From an uncultured Solirubrobacterales bacterium (lineage in GTDB: Bacteria; Actinomycetota; Thermoleophilia; Solirubrobacterales; 70-9), in the NCBI GenBank assembly GCA_963835315.1, contig CAWIFA010000028.1, positions 5,197 to 69,196 on the forward strand: DNA of 64,000 nucleotides, in the 5' to 3' direction. This document shows positions 37,858 through 45,875 of the stretch, piece after piece. How positions within the stretch are numbered: the stretch's first letter is position 1; the number at the start of each line of letters is the position of its first letter. Below the pieces are notes generated by a model that was given only the letters and a program-made list of their open reading frames with translations, had not been told where the DNA came from and did not search any database. The position numbers were made by a program, and so were the translations under genes.

Positions 37858-39414
37858 GTGAGCCGCCCGGCGATCGTCTTCATCGGCTTCATGGGCGCCG
37901 GCAAGTCGACCGCGCTTGCCGCGGCGCTGGAGGCCGGACTGGAGGCGACCGAGGCCGACGAGCTGATGGAGGATGCGCTGGGGGCGCCGATCGCGGACTT
38001 CTTCGAGCGTGAGGGGGAGGAGGCGTTCCGGGAGCGTGAGGCGGAGGTGGTCGGTTCGCTGCTGGAGCGGGCGGACGGGGGCGCGATAGCCCTCGGCGGT
38101 GGCAGCGTGCTCTCCGAGCGGGTGCGCGCGGCGCTCAGCCGGCACGTGGTCGTCTGGCTGAAGGTCGGGCCGGCGGAGGCATGGAGGCGCGTCGGGGGCA
38201 GCGATCGCCCTCTTGCCAAGAACCAAACGGATTTCTACGCGATGCTTGAGGAGCGGGATTCGCTGTACGAGTCCGTCGCCGACGCGATCGTGCCATCCGG
38301 CGAGGAGAGCCTCTCACTGGACCTGGAGGAGCGCAGCCTGAGACGGGTGCTGCCGTGGCTTCGGCGCCTGCCGTCGCTCCCGGCGGGCACGCGAATGCTG
38401 TGGGCGCACAGCGCCGGCGGGTCCTATCCGATCTTCGTCGGCCGCGGCCTGCTCGCAGCCGGCTGGTGGCCCCTGCCGGGACGACGCTTCGGCGTCACCG
38501 ACAGGGCCGTCGGGCCGCTCTACGCCGACCGCCTGGCGCCGCTGGAGGCACTGGTCGAGGTCGAGCCGGGCGAGGGCGCGAAGACGGTGGCCGAAGCCGA
38601 GCGGGTGCTGAGCGAGCTGGCGCGGGCCGGGATGACCCGCGAGGACCATCTGGTCGCGCTCGGCGGCGGTGTCGTCGGCGACCTCGCCGGCTTCTGCGCC
38701 CACACCTACCAGCGGGGCGTGCCGGTCGTCCAGGTTCCGACCACGCTGGTCGCCCAGGTCGACTCGGCCTACGGCGGCAAGACCGGCGTCGACCTGCCGG
38801 AGGGCAAGAACTACGCCGGCGCCTACCACCTGCCCGCCGCCGTTCTCGCCGATGTCGAGACGCTGGCGACGCTGCCCGCGGAGGATCTCGCCGCGGGTTT
38901 CGTCGAGGCGCTGAAGACCGGCCTCCTGGCGGGCGGGGCGCTCTGGCAGCGGGTGCGGGCGATCGAGTCGCTCGACCCGGCCGAACTCGACGACGTCGTC
39001 TTCGCCTGCGCCCGCTACAAGTGCGAGGTGGTCGCCGCCGACGAGCGCGACGCCGGGTGGCGCCATCAGCTCAACCTGGGCCACACGGTCGGCCACGCGA
39101 TCGAGGCGGCGAGCGGCTACGAGCGCTATCGCCACGGCGAGGCGATCGGGCTGGGCCTGCTGGCGGCGCTGCGGCTCTCCGATGCGCCCGAGCTGCGCGA
39201 GGAGGTGGCCGAGCAGCTCGCGCGGCACCGTTTGCCGAGCACGCTCGACCCGGCGATCGACGCCGACGCCGTGCTCGACGCCCTGCAGCGTGACAAGAAG
39301 CGCACGGCCGCCGGCGTCGGCTTCGTACTGCTCTCCGAGCCCGGAACGCCGCGCGTGGGCCAGCTCGTCGATCCGGTTAAGGTCGAGGCAGCCGTGGAGG
39401 AGCTCTACCGATGA
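37858..39414 (+). CDS. aroK/aroB: bifunctional shikimate kinase / 3-dehydroquinate synthase
   Basis: AroK P-loop GFMGAGKST in the first ~170 aa. AroB blocks follow: LGGGVVGDLAGF, VPTTLVAQVDSAYGGKTGV and LNLGHTVGHAIE. Confidence 0.85.
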   Translation: MSRPAIVFIGFMGAGKSTALAAALEAGLEATEADELMEDALGAPIADFFEREGEEAFREREAEVVGSLLERADGGAIALGGGSVLSERVRAALSRHVVVWLKVGPAEAWRRVGGSDRPLAKNQTDFYAMLEERDSLYESVADAIVPSGEESLSLDLEERSLRRVLPWLRRLPSLPAGTRMLWAHSAGGSYPIFVGRGLLAAGWWPLPGRRFGVTDRAVGPLYADRLAPLEALVEVEPGEGAKTVAEAERVLSELARAGMTREDHLVALGGGVVGDLAGFCAHTYQRGVPVVQVPTTLVAQVDSAYGGKTGVDLPEGKNYAGAYHLPAAVLADVETLATLPAEDLAAGFVEALKTGLLAGGALWQRVRAIESLDPAELDDVVFACARYKCEVVAADERDAGWRHQLNLGHTVGHAIEAASGYERYRHGEAIGLGLLAALRLSDAPELREEVAEQLARHRLPSTLDPAIDADAVLDALQRDKKRTAAGVGFVLLSEPGTPRVGQLVDPVKVEAAVEELYR

Positions 39415-39869
39415 CTTCCGCCCACAACCGCGTCGCCGTCCTGCACGGGGTCAACTTCGACGTGCTCGAGCGCCGCGACGCCGCGGTCTACGGCGGGATC
39501 TCGCTGAGCGAGCTGGAGATGAGGATCCAGCTCGCCGCTCGCGAGCTCGGCCTGGAAACGATCTTCTTCCAGACCAACGCGGAGGGCGAGTTCGCCGAAT
39601 ACCTGCACCGGGCGCCGGAGCTCGCCGACGCGATCGTGATCAACGCCGGCGCCTGGACCCACTACAGCCGCGCGATCGCCGACGCGCTCGAGCTGACCGG
39701 GCTGCCCGCGGTCGAGGTCCACCTCTCCGACGTCGAGTCGCGCCAGGACTGGCGACGCGTCTCGGTCTTCGACGGGCTCGTGCTCGAGAAGGTCTCCGGC
39801 AAGGGCCCGGACGGCTACCGCGACGCGCTCGCCCGCCTCGCCCGCGAGCTCGGCGTCACCGCGCCGTGA
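39411..39869 (+). CDS. aroQ: type II 3-dehydroquinate dehydratase
   Basis: VLHGVNFDVLERR...IFFQTNAEGEF...INAGAWTHYSRAI...EVHLSDV. Confidence 0.85.
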   Translation: MTSAHNRVAVLHGVNFDVLERRDAAVYGGISLSELEMRIQLAARELGLETIFFQTNAEGEFAEYLHRAPELADAIVINAGAWTHYSRAIADALELTGLPAVEVHLSDVESRQDWRRVSVFDGLVLEKVSGKGPDGYRDALARLARELGVTAP

Positions 39870-40924
39870 GGGGCCGCGGCGACCGCCTCGCGGCGGGCCT
39901 GGCGGAGCGCGAGCTCGACCTCCTCCTGGTCACCGAGCTGACCAACGTCCGCTACCTGACCGGATTCACCGGCACGAACGGCGCCTGCGTCTGCGGGCCC
40001 GAGACGCGCCTCTTCCTCACCGACTTCCGCTACACCGAGCGCGCCGCCGCCGAGGTCGAGGGCTGGGAGACGGTGACCGTCGCCGACGACTGGCTCGGCG
40101 GCATCGCCGAGCATCTCAGCGGCCGCTTCGGCTTCGAGGACGATCACGTCTCGGTGCGGCTGCTGGAGCGCCTGCGCGGCAAACTCGACGACGGTGTCGA
40201 GGCGGTCGCGGCGGGCGGCGCGGTCGAGAAGCTGCGGCGGGTCAAGGACGCCGACGAGCTGGCGGCGATCGCCGCCGCCTCCGAGCTCGCCGACGAGGTC
40301 TGGCGCTGGAGCGTCGAGCGCGGCCTCGGCGGGCGCAGCGAGCGCGACGTCGCCCGCGCCGCCGAAGCGCGGATCCGCGAGCTCGGCGGCGACCCATCGT
40401 TCCCGGCGATCGTCGCCGCCGGCCCCAACGGGGCGCTTCCGCACGCGGAGCCCGGCGAGCGGCCGATCGGCAGGGGGGAGCTGGTCGTCTTCGACATGGG
40501 GGCGAAGCTCGACGGCTACTGCTCCGACGGGACCCGCACCTACGCGGTCGGCGAGCCGGGGGAGCGGGCGCGCGAGGTCTACGCGACCGTGCTGGCGGCA
40601 CAGCTGGCGGCGCTCGAGGCGGTCGAAGCCGGGATCGACGGCGAGGCGCTCGACGGCGTCGCCCGCGAGGTCATAGAGGAGGCCGGGCACGGCGAGCGCT
40701 TCGGCCACGGGCTCGGCCACGGCGTCGGGCTCGAGGTGCACGAGGCGCCGCGCCTCTCGCCGCGCTCCGAGGACACGCTCGCGACCGGCGAAGTGGTGAC
40801 GATCGAGCCGGGGGTCTACCTGCCGGGCGAGCTGGGCGTGCGGATCGAGGACCTCGTTGTCGTCACCGCTGACGGCTGTCGCAACCTCAGCTCGCTGGAC
40901 AAGGATCTCCAGCTGGTCGGGTAG
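39866..40924 (+). CDS. M24-family Xaa-Pro aminopeptidase
   Basis: The GTG overlaps the aroQ stop. Blocks NVRYLTGFTG, FDMGAKLDGYCSD, HGLGHGVGLEVHE and TIEPGVY. Confidence 0.8.
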   Translation: MRGRGDRLAAGLAERELDLLLVTELTNVRYLTGFTGTNGACVCGPETRLFLTDFRYTERAAAEVEGWETVTVADDWLGGIAEHLSGRFGFEDDHVSVRLLERLRGKLDDGVEAVAAGGAVEKLRRVKDADELAAIAAASELADEVWRWSVERGLGGRSERDVARAAEARIRELGGDPSFPAIVAAGPNGALPHAEPGERPIGRGELVVFDMGAKLDGYCSDGTRTYAVGEPGERAREVYATVLAAQLAALEAVEAGIDGEALDGVAREVIEEAGHGERFGHGLGHGVGLEVHEAPRLSPRSEDTLATGEVVTIEPGVYLPGELGVRIEDLVVVTADGCRNLSSLDKDLQLVG

Positions 40925-41054
40925 CTGCAACCTCAAGTCTGCGCCCGCGCCCGCCGATGCAGGTCGGGTGATTCTGAGGACGAACAGGCACGCGCCGGCG
41001 GCCGACTCCCTCGCGGCGGTCCGCGACGCCGCACGCCGCGAGCGGCTGATCGAC

Positions 41055-42056
41055 ATGGAGCTGCGGATCCGCCCCTACCGCTTCGCCTGCTTCGCGATCC
41101 TGGCGCTGGCGCTGACCGCGGTCGGCGGCGAGGTCGGCTGGTGGTGGATCGCGCCGCTGGTCGCCGGCCTGGCAGGGTTCGCCGTCGCCGACAGCTTCAT
41201 GCGCAACAGCACCCACCCGGCGGTCTGGGTGGCGACCGCCTGGGGCATCCTGCCGCTGCTGCTGCTCGACGCGGTGGTCGTCACCGGCGGCGCCGCCAGC
41301 CCGGTGCTGATGTGGTTCGCGCTGCCGGCGGTGACGCTCGGCGCCCGCTTCGAGCCGCGCGGAACCGCGCTCGGCACCGCCTACATCGTCGCCCTGATGC
41401 TGATCGGCACGGTCGGGCTCGACCCGTCGGTCGCCTCGACGCACCATCAGGAGCTGATCGCCGCCGTAGCCCTGGTGATCAGCACCGTGATCCTCTCCGG
41501 CGCCCTGGTCGAGTCCGATCGCGCGCACAGGAGCCGCTCGACCCTCGACCCGCTGACCGGCCTGTTCAACCGCAACGCGCTCGACCAGCGGCTGAGCGAG
41601 CTCGACGGTCAGCCGACCAGCGAGGAGGAGGGCCTCTCGCACGCGCTGCTGCTCTGCGACCTCGACAACTTCAAGGCGGTCAACGACCGGCTCGGCCACG
41701 CGGCCGGCGACGCGGTGCTGCAGGACGTCGCCTATACGATGCGCGCCGCGCTGCGCGCCGGCGACTCGATCTACCGCGTCGGCGGCGAGGAGATCCTCGT
41801 CGTCCTGCCGGGCGCCGCCGAGGCGGCGGCGGTCGAGATCGCCGAGCGCCTGCGGGTCGCGGTCGCCGAGCGCCGCCCGATCGGCGTCGACGTGACGGTC
41901 AGCATCGGCGTCGCCGTAGCCCCGCCGGGCCTGCTCGAAACCGACGCGCTGGTCGAGATGGCCGACGCGGCGCTCTACGCGGCCAAGGCCGGCGGGCGCG
42001 ACCGCGTGACAGTCGGCGTTGGACCCCTAGCGGCTGAGGTCGAGACCGTCGTCTAG
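41055..42056 (+). CDS. membrane-anchored diguanylate cyclase (GGDEF)
   Basis: Five to six TM segments, then LTGLFNRNAL...DLDNFKAVND...YRVGGEEILVVLP...YAAKAGGRDR. Confidence 0.8.
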   Translation: MELRIRPYRFACFAILALALTAVGGEVGWWWIAPLVAGLAGFAVADSFMRNSTHPAVWVATAWGILPLLLLDAVVVTGGAASPVLMWFALPAVTLGARFEPRGTALGTAYIVALMLIGTVGLDPSVASTHHQELIAAVALVISTVILSGALVESDRAHRSRSTLDPLTGLFNRNALDQRLSELDGQPTSEEEGLSHALLLCDLDNFKAVNDRLGHAAGDAVLQDVAYTMRAALRAGDSIYRVGGEEILVVLPGAAEAAAVEIAERLRVAVAERRPIGVDVTVSIGVAVAPPGLLETDALVEMADAALYAAKAGGRDRVTVGVGPLAAEVETVV

Positions 42057-43076
42057 GCGCGCCGCGAAGGCGGCGACCAGCGCGACCGTCGCCTCGAGGT
42101 CGCGAAGGTCGACCAGCTCGACCGGCGAGTGCATGTAGCGCAGCGGGACCGAGACCAGGCCGGTGGGGATGCCCGAGCGCGAGATCTGGATAGCGTCGGC
42201 GTCGGTGTGCGAGGAGCGGCCGGTGGCGCTGAGCGTGTATTCGATCCCTTCGGCCTCGGCGGTCTCGATCAAGAGCTCGGAGACCTTGGGCGAGAGCGTC
42301 GAGCCGCGGAAGATCACCGTGCCCGAGCCGAGCGGGTGGCTGCCGTTCTCCTTCTCGTCGATCCCGGGGGCGTCGGTGGCGTGGGTGACGTCGACCGCGA
42401 CCGCGAGGTCGGGTCGCACCTCGAAGGCGGCCGTGCGGGCGCCGAACAGGCCGATCTCCTCCTGCACGGCGGCGACCGCGGCGAAGCTGCCGCCGAGCGA
42501 GCCGCCCTCGTGGCAGCGGCGCAGCGCCTCGAGCGCGACGTAGGCGCCGAGCCGGTTGTCCATCGCCCGGGAGACGAGCCGGTCGCCGGCCAGCCGCACG
42601 GGGTCGGCGGCGATCACCACCGGGTCGCCGACGCGGACCAGCCCCTCCGCCTCATCGCGGTCGGCGGCGCCGATGTCGATGTGCAGCCCCTTCAGCTCGA
42701 CGACCTTCTTGCGCTGCTCGCCGTCGAGCAGGTGGATCGGCTTGCGCCCGACGACGCCCGGCAGGGTGCCCTCGCGCCCGCGCACCTCGACCCGCTGGCC
42801 GACCAGGATCTGCGGGTCCCAGCCGCCGATCGGGGCGAACCAGAGGAAGCCCTTCTCGTCGACGTGGGTGACGACGAGGCCGATCTCGTCGATGTGGCCG
42901 ACCACGGCGAGCAGCGGCGAGGCGTCGCCGATACGGGCGATCGAGGAACCGAGCCCGTCGGCGGAGATCGCGGCGAAGGAGGCCTCCTCGCGCCAGACGG
43001 CTGCGGCCGGCCCCTCGTGGCCGGAGGGGGCGCCGGGACGGAGCAGCTTCTCGAGCAGCGCCGGGGTCTCAGTCAT
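42027..43076 (-). CDS. M42-family peptidase (FrvX-like)
   Basis: PSGHEGP, VVGHIDEIGLVV, AMDNRLGAYV and VQEEIGLFGA. Confidence 0.8.
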   Translation of the reverse strand: MTETPALLEKLLRPGAPSGHEGPAAAVWREEASFAAISADGLGSSIARIGDASPLLAVVGHIDEIGLVVTHVDEKGFLWFAPIGGWDPQILVGQRVEVRGREGTLPGVVGRKPIHLLDGEQRKKVVELKGLHIDIGAADRDEAEGLVRVGDPVVIAADPVRLAGDRLVSRAMDNRLGAYVALEALRRCHEGGSLGGSFAAVAAVQEEIGLFGARTAAFEVRPDLAVAVDVTHATDAPGIDEKENGSHPLGSGTVIFRGSTLSPKVSELLIETAEAEGIEYTLSATGRSSHTDADAIQISRSGIPTGLVSVPLRYMHSPVELVDLRDLEATVALVAAFAARLDDGLDLSR

Positions 43077-43139
43077 GGCGCCGCAGTATGTCGAGTCGAA
43101 CAGATGTCCGCAATCATCCGCGCTCGACGACTGAGTCGC

Positions 43140-43625
43140 TCAGCCGTTGCGGTCGAAGCGGCCGAAGCGGCAGTCATGGAAGTGGAGCACGATCGTCGTG
43201 TTGTTGGCCGAGATGCCGGCGCGTTCGGCGAGGATCCCCTCGTGGTTGCCCTTGATCTTCAGCCCTTCGCCGTAGTACCTGCCGACCAGCCGCAGTCGCG
43301 TCTTCAGCAGCTTCATGATTTCGACCCAGCGTTCGATCCGGTGCACGTCGGTGGTCGGCGGCGGCACCTTCGCCAGCCTCCCGATCAGCCCGCCGAATGA
43401 TCTGGAGAGGCGGATGAACTGCTTGCCCGCGGGTTCCAACCGGTTGTGGTTGAGCCGCTGCCGGACGCCGGCCATGATCCGTTCGTTGGCCCTGCGGTTC
43501 GCCTTGCAGATCGGCTCGACCTGCGCTTTGTAGCTTTCCCGCGTCTGTTCGTCGCCGCGCGCAGGCGGCAGCGCGCCGAACGCGAGCAGCGCAAGCACGA
43601 CGAATATCCCCAGCGTTCGCCTCAT
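43140..43625 (-). CDS. secreted hypothetical protein
   Basis: Signal peptide MRRTLGIFVVLALLAFGALPPARG. No family recognised. Confidence 0.5.
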   Translation of the reverse strand: MRRTLGIFVVLALLAFGALPPARGDEQTRESYKAQVEPICKANRRANERIMAGVRQRLNHNRLEPAGKQFIRLSRSFGGLIGRLAKVPPPTTDVHRIERWVEIMKLLKTRLRLVGRYYGEGLKIKGNHEGILAERAGISANNTTIVLHFHDCRFGRFDRNG

Positions 43626-43675
43626 CTCCCTGACACCCCAAGGGTAGCCGTTGGCGTTTCGCGCCTCGGCCCGGC

Positions 43676-43839
43676 TAGTGACCTGAGTCAGAATTTCGCG
43701 GCCGCCTCGCGGTGCCTGGACGCGCCTGGAACCACCCGCCCGGCACAGGTACCTCCAGTACCTGTTTGCCGTGCGTGCGGCCCCAGTCCCGCCCAGTCAC
43801 TCGCGACGCTGCTCTCGAAATTCTGACTCAGGTCACTAG
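43676..43839. repeat. 24-bp perfect inverted repeat pair separated by 116 bp, immediately upstream of efp
   Basis: CTAGTGACCTGAGTCAGAATTTCG at 43676..43699 pairs with its exact reverse complement CGAAATTCTGACTCAGGTCACTAG at 43816..43839. The right arm ends 11 nt before the efp start. Confidence 0.85.
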
Positions 43840-43850
43840 GATTCGCCGCC

Positions 43851-44411
43851 GTGATCTCGACCAACCAGTTCAAGAACGGCAGCCACATCGAAATCGACGG
43901 GTCGATCTTCAAGATCCTCGAGTTCCAGCACGTTAAGCCGGGCAAGGGCGGCGCGTTCGTGCGGACGAAGCTGCGCAAGATCGACGACGGTTCGGTGCAG
44001 GACAAGACGTTCAGGGCGGGGGAGAAGTTCCGCCCGGTGCACACCGAGTCGCGCAAGATGCAGTACCTCTACGACTCCGGCGAGGCGACGGTCTTCATGG
44101 ACAGCCAGGACTACGAGCAGATCGAGATCCCGGGCGAGGCGATCGGCGAGGCGATGCGCTGGGTGCTGCCGAACGACGAGGTCGACGTGCTCTTCGTCGA
44201 CGAGCGGCCGTGCGACGTGCAAGTCGCCGGCGCGATCGAGATGAAGGTCACCGAGACCGCCCCCGGAGTCAAAGGCGACACCGCCTCCGGCGGCGGCAGC
44301 AAGCCGGCGACGCTCGAGTCGGGCGTCGTCGTCCAGGTGCCGCTGTTCATCGACGAGGGCGAGACGATCCGGGTCGACACTCGCAGCGCCGAGTACATCT
44401 CGCGCGCTTGA
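43851..44411 (+). CDS. efp: elongation factor P
   Basis: ISTNQFKNGSHIEIDGSIFKILEFQHVKPGKGGAFVRTKLRK... Confidence 0.95.
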   Translation: MISTNQFKNGSHIEIDGSIFKILEFQHVKPGKGGAFVRTKLRKIDDGSVQDKTFRAGEKFRPVHTESRKMQYLYDSGEATVFMDSQDYEQIEIPGEAIGEAMRWVLPNDEVDVLFVDERPCDVQVAGAIEMKVTETAPGVKGDTASGGGSKPATLESGVVVQVPLFIDEGETIRVDTRSAEYISRA

Positions 44412-44447
44412 CCCGGGCCCGCCCGCCGGAAGCGCGAGAATAGGCCG

Positions 44448-44828
44448 ATGCGCAGATCCGACCAGCGCCGCGACGCCGTCTTCGCCTGCTACCAGCGCGA
44501 CGTCACCGGGCGTCCGCTGGACGAGCTGCTGTCCGCGGCGCGGCCGTTCACCCGTGAGCTCGCCGCGGCGGTCGACGCCAACCGCGAGCAGCTCGACGCG
44601 ACGATCGCCGCCCATGCGCGCGGCTGGGAGCTGGGGCGGATCGCGCCGTTGGAGCTGAACGTGATGCGGGTCGCGCTGCAGGAGATCGAGCACAGCGACG
44701 ACGTGCCCGACGAGGTGGCGATCGACGAGGCGGTCGAGATCGCGAAGGAGTACTGCGGCGCCGACGCGCCCGGCTTCGTCAACGGCATCCTCGGCGCGAT
44801 CGTGCGCGAGCGCCAGGGGGTGAGCTGA
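44448..44828 (+). CDS. nusB: transcription antitermination factor NusB
   Basis: Position after efp, plus blocks W...RIAPLELNVMRVALQEI and EAVEIAKEYCGADAPGFVNGILG. Confidence 0.8.
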   Translation: MRRSDQRRDAVFACYQRDVTGRPLDELLSAARPFTRELAAAVDANREQLDATIAAHARGWELGRIAPLELNVMRVALQEIEHSDDVPDEVAIDEAVEIAKEYCGADAPGFVNGILGAIVRERQGVS

Positions 44829-44829
44829 G

Positions 44830-45009
44830 GTGCCCGACGAGGCGCGGCTGCGCGAGATCTCCGATCGCCTCAAGGCGATCGCCGCCGAGCTCGAGGGCTC
44901 CGAGGCGAGCGACGAGCAGGCCGCCGAGCTGGCGCGCGAGGCGGCTGAGCTCTCTACCGAGGCGGTCGAGGAGGCGAACCGCCGCATCCGCGAGTCCGGC
45001 GACGCCTAG
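44830..45009 (+). CDS. 59-aa coiled-coil protein in the position of XseB (exonuclease VII small subunit-like?)
   Basis: My translation from the GTG at 44830 reads VPDEARLREISDRLKAIAAELEGSEASDEQAAELAREAAELSTEAVEEANRRIRESGDA. It is below the ORF-track length cutoff. The identity is based mainly on gene order. Confidence 0.3.
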   Translation: MPDEARLREISDRLKAIAAELEGSEASDEQAAELAREAAELSTEAVEEANRRIRESGDA

Positions 45010-45875
45010 TGTCCGAGTACCCGGAGGACCTGCGCGAGCTGATCGACGGCGAGCTGGAGCGAATGCGCTTCGCCACGGCCCCGGCGACCGCCGGGCTCGA
45101 GGAGGCGATGCGCTACTCGCTGCTCGCCGGCGGCAAGCGCGTGCGCCCCGTGCTCGCGCTGGCGACGGCGCGGGCGCTGGGCGCCGAGCCGCAGCGCTAC
45201 CTGCGGGTCGCCGCGGCGCTCGAGCTGATCCACACCTACTCGCTGATCCACGACGACCTTCCGGCGATGGACGACGACGAGCTGCGGCGCGGCCGTCCGA
45301 CCTCGCACGTGCGCTTCGGCGAGGACGTGGCGATCCTCGCCGGCGACGGGCTGTTCGCCGAGGCGATCCGGCTGTTCTGCGAGCAGCCGGGCGAGCCGGC
45401 CCGCGTGCTCGCCGCGCTGGCCGAGCTTGCCGGCGCGACCGGCGTCGACGGCATGGTCGGCGGCCAGTACGTCGACGTCGCCGGCGAGGCGGACGACGCG
45501 GAGGCGCTGCGCGCCCTGCACGGCCTGAAGACCGGCCGGCTGATCGCGGCGGGCGTCGGTGTCGTATTGACCCTGGAGGGAACGGGCGAACCTGGGACAA
45601 TCCCCTACAGGCGCTTCGCCGAGGAGCTCGGCGTGCTCTTCCAGATCGTCGACGACATCCTCGACGTGACGGGAAGCGACGAGCAGCTCGGCAAGCCGCG
45701 AGGAAGCGACGAGCGACATGGCAAACTCACCTACGTCAGTCTCTTCGGACTCGAGCGGGCGCGCGAGCTGGCCGCCGAGTCCCACGCCAAGGCGACAGCC
45801 GCTCTGGCCGAAGCCGAGGGCGAGACGGGCGACCTGAGAGGGGTCGCCGACTACATCTTCACGAGGAACGAATGA
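45009..45875 (+). CDS. ispA: polyprenyl (farnesyl/geranylgeranyl) diphosphate synthase
   Basis: FARM motif LIHDDLPAMDDD and SARM motif FQIVDDILD. Confidence 0.85.
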   Translation: MSEYPEDLRELIDGELERMRFATAPATAGLEEAMRYSLLAGGKRVRPVLALATARALGAEPQRYLRVAAALELIHTYSLIHDDLPAMDDDELRRGRPTSHVRFGEDVAILAGDGLFAEAIRLFCEQPGEPARVLAALAELAGATGVDGMVGGQYVDVAGEADDAEALRALHGLKTGRLIAAGVGVVLTLEGTGEPGTIPYRRFAEELGVLFQIVDDILDVTGSDEQLGKPRGSDERHGKLTYVSLFGLERARELAAESHAKATAALAEAEGETGDLRGVADYIFTRNE

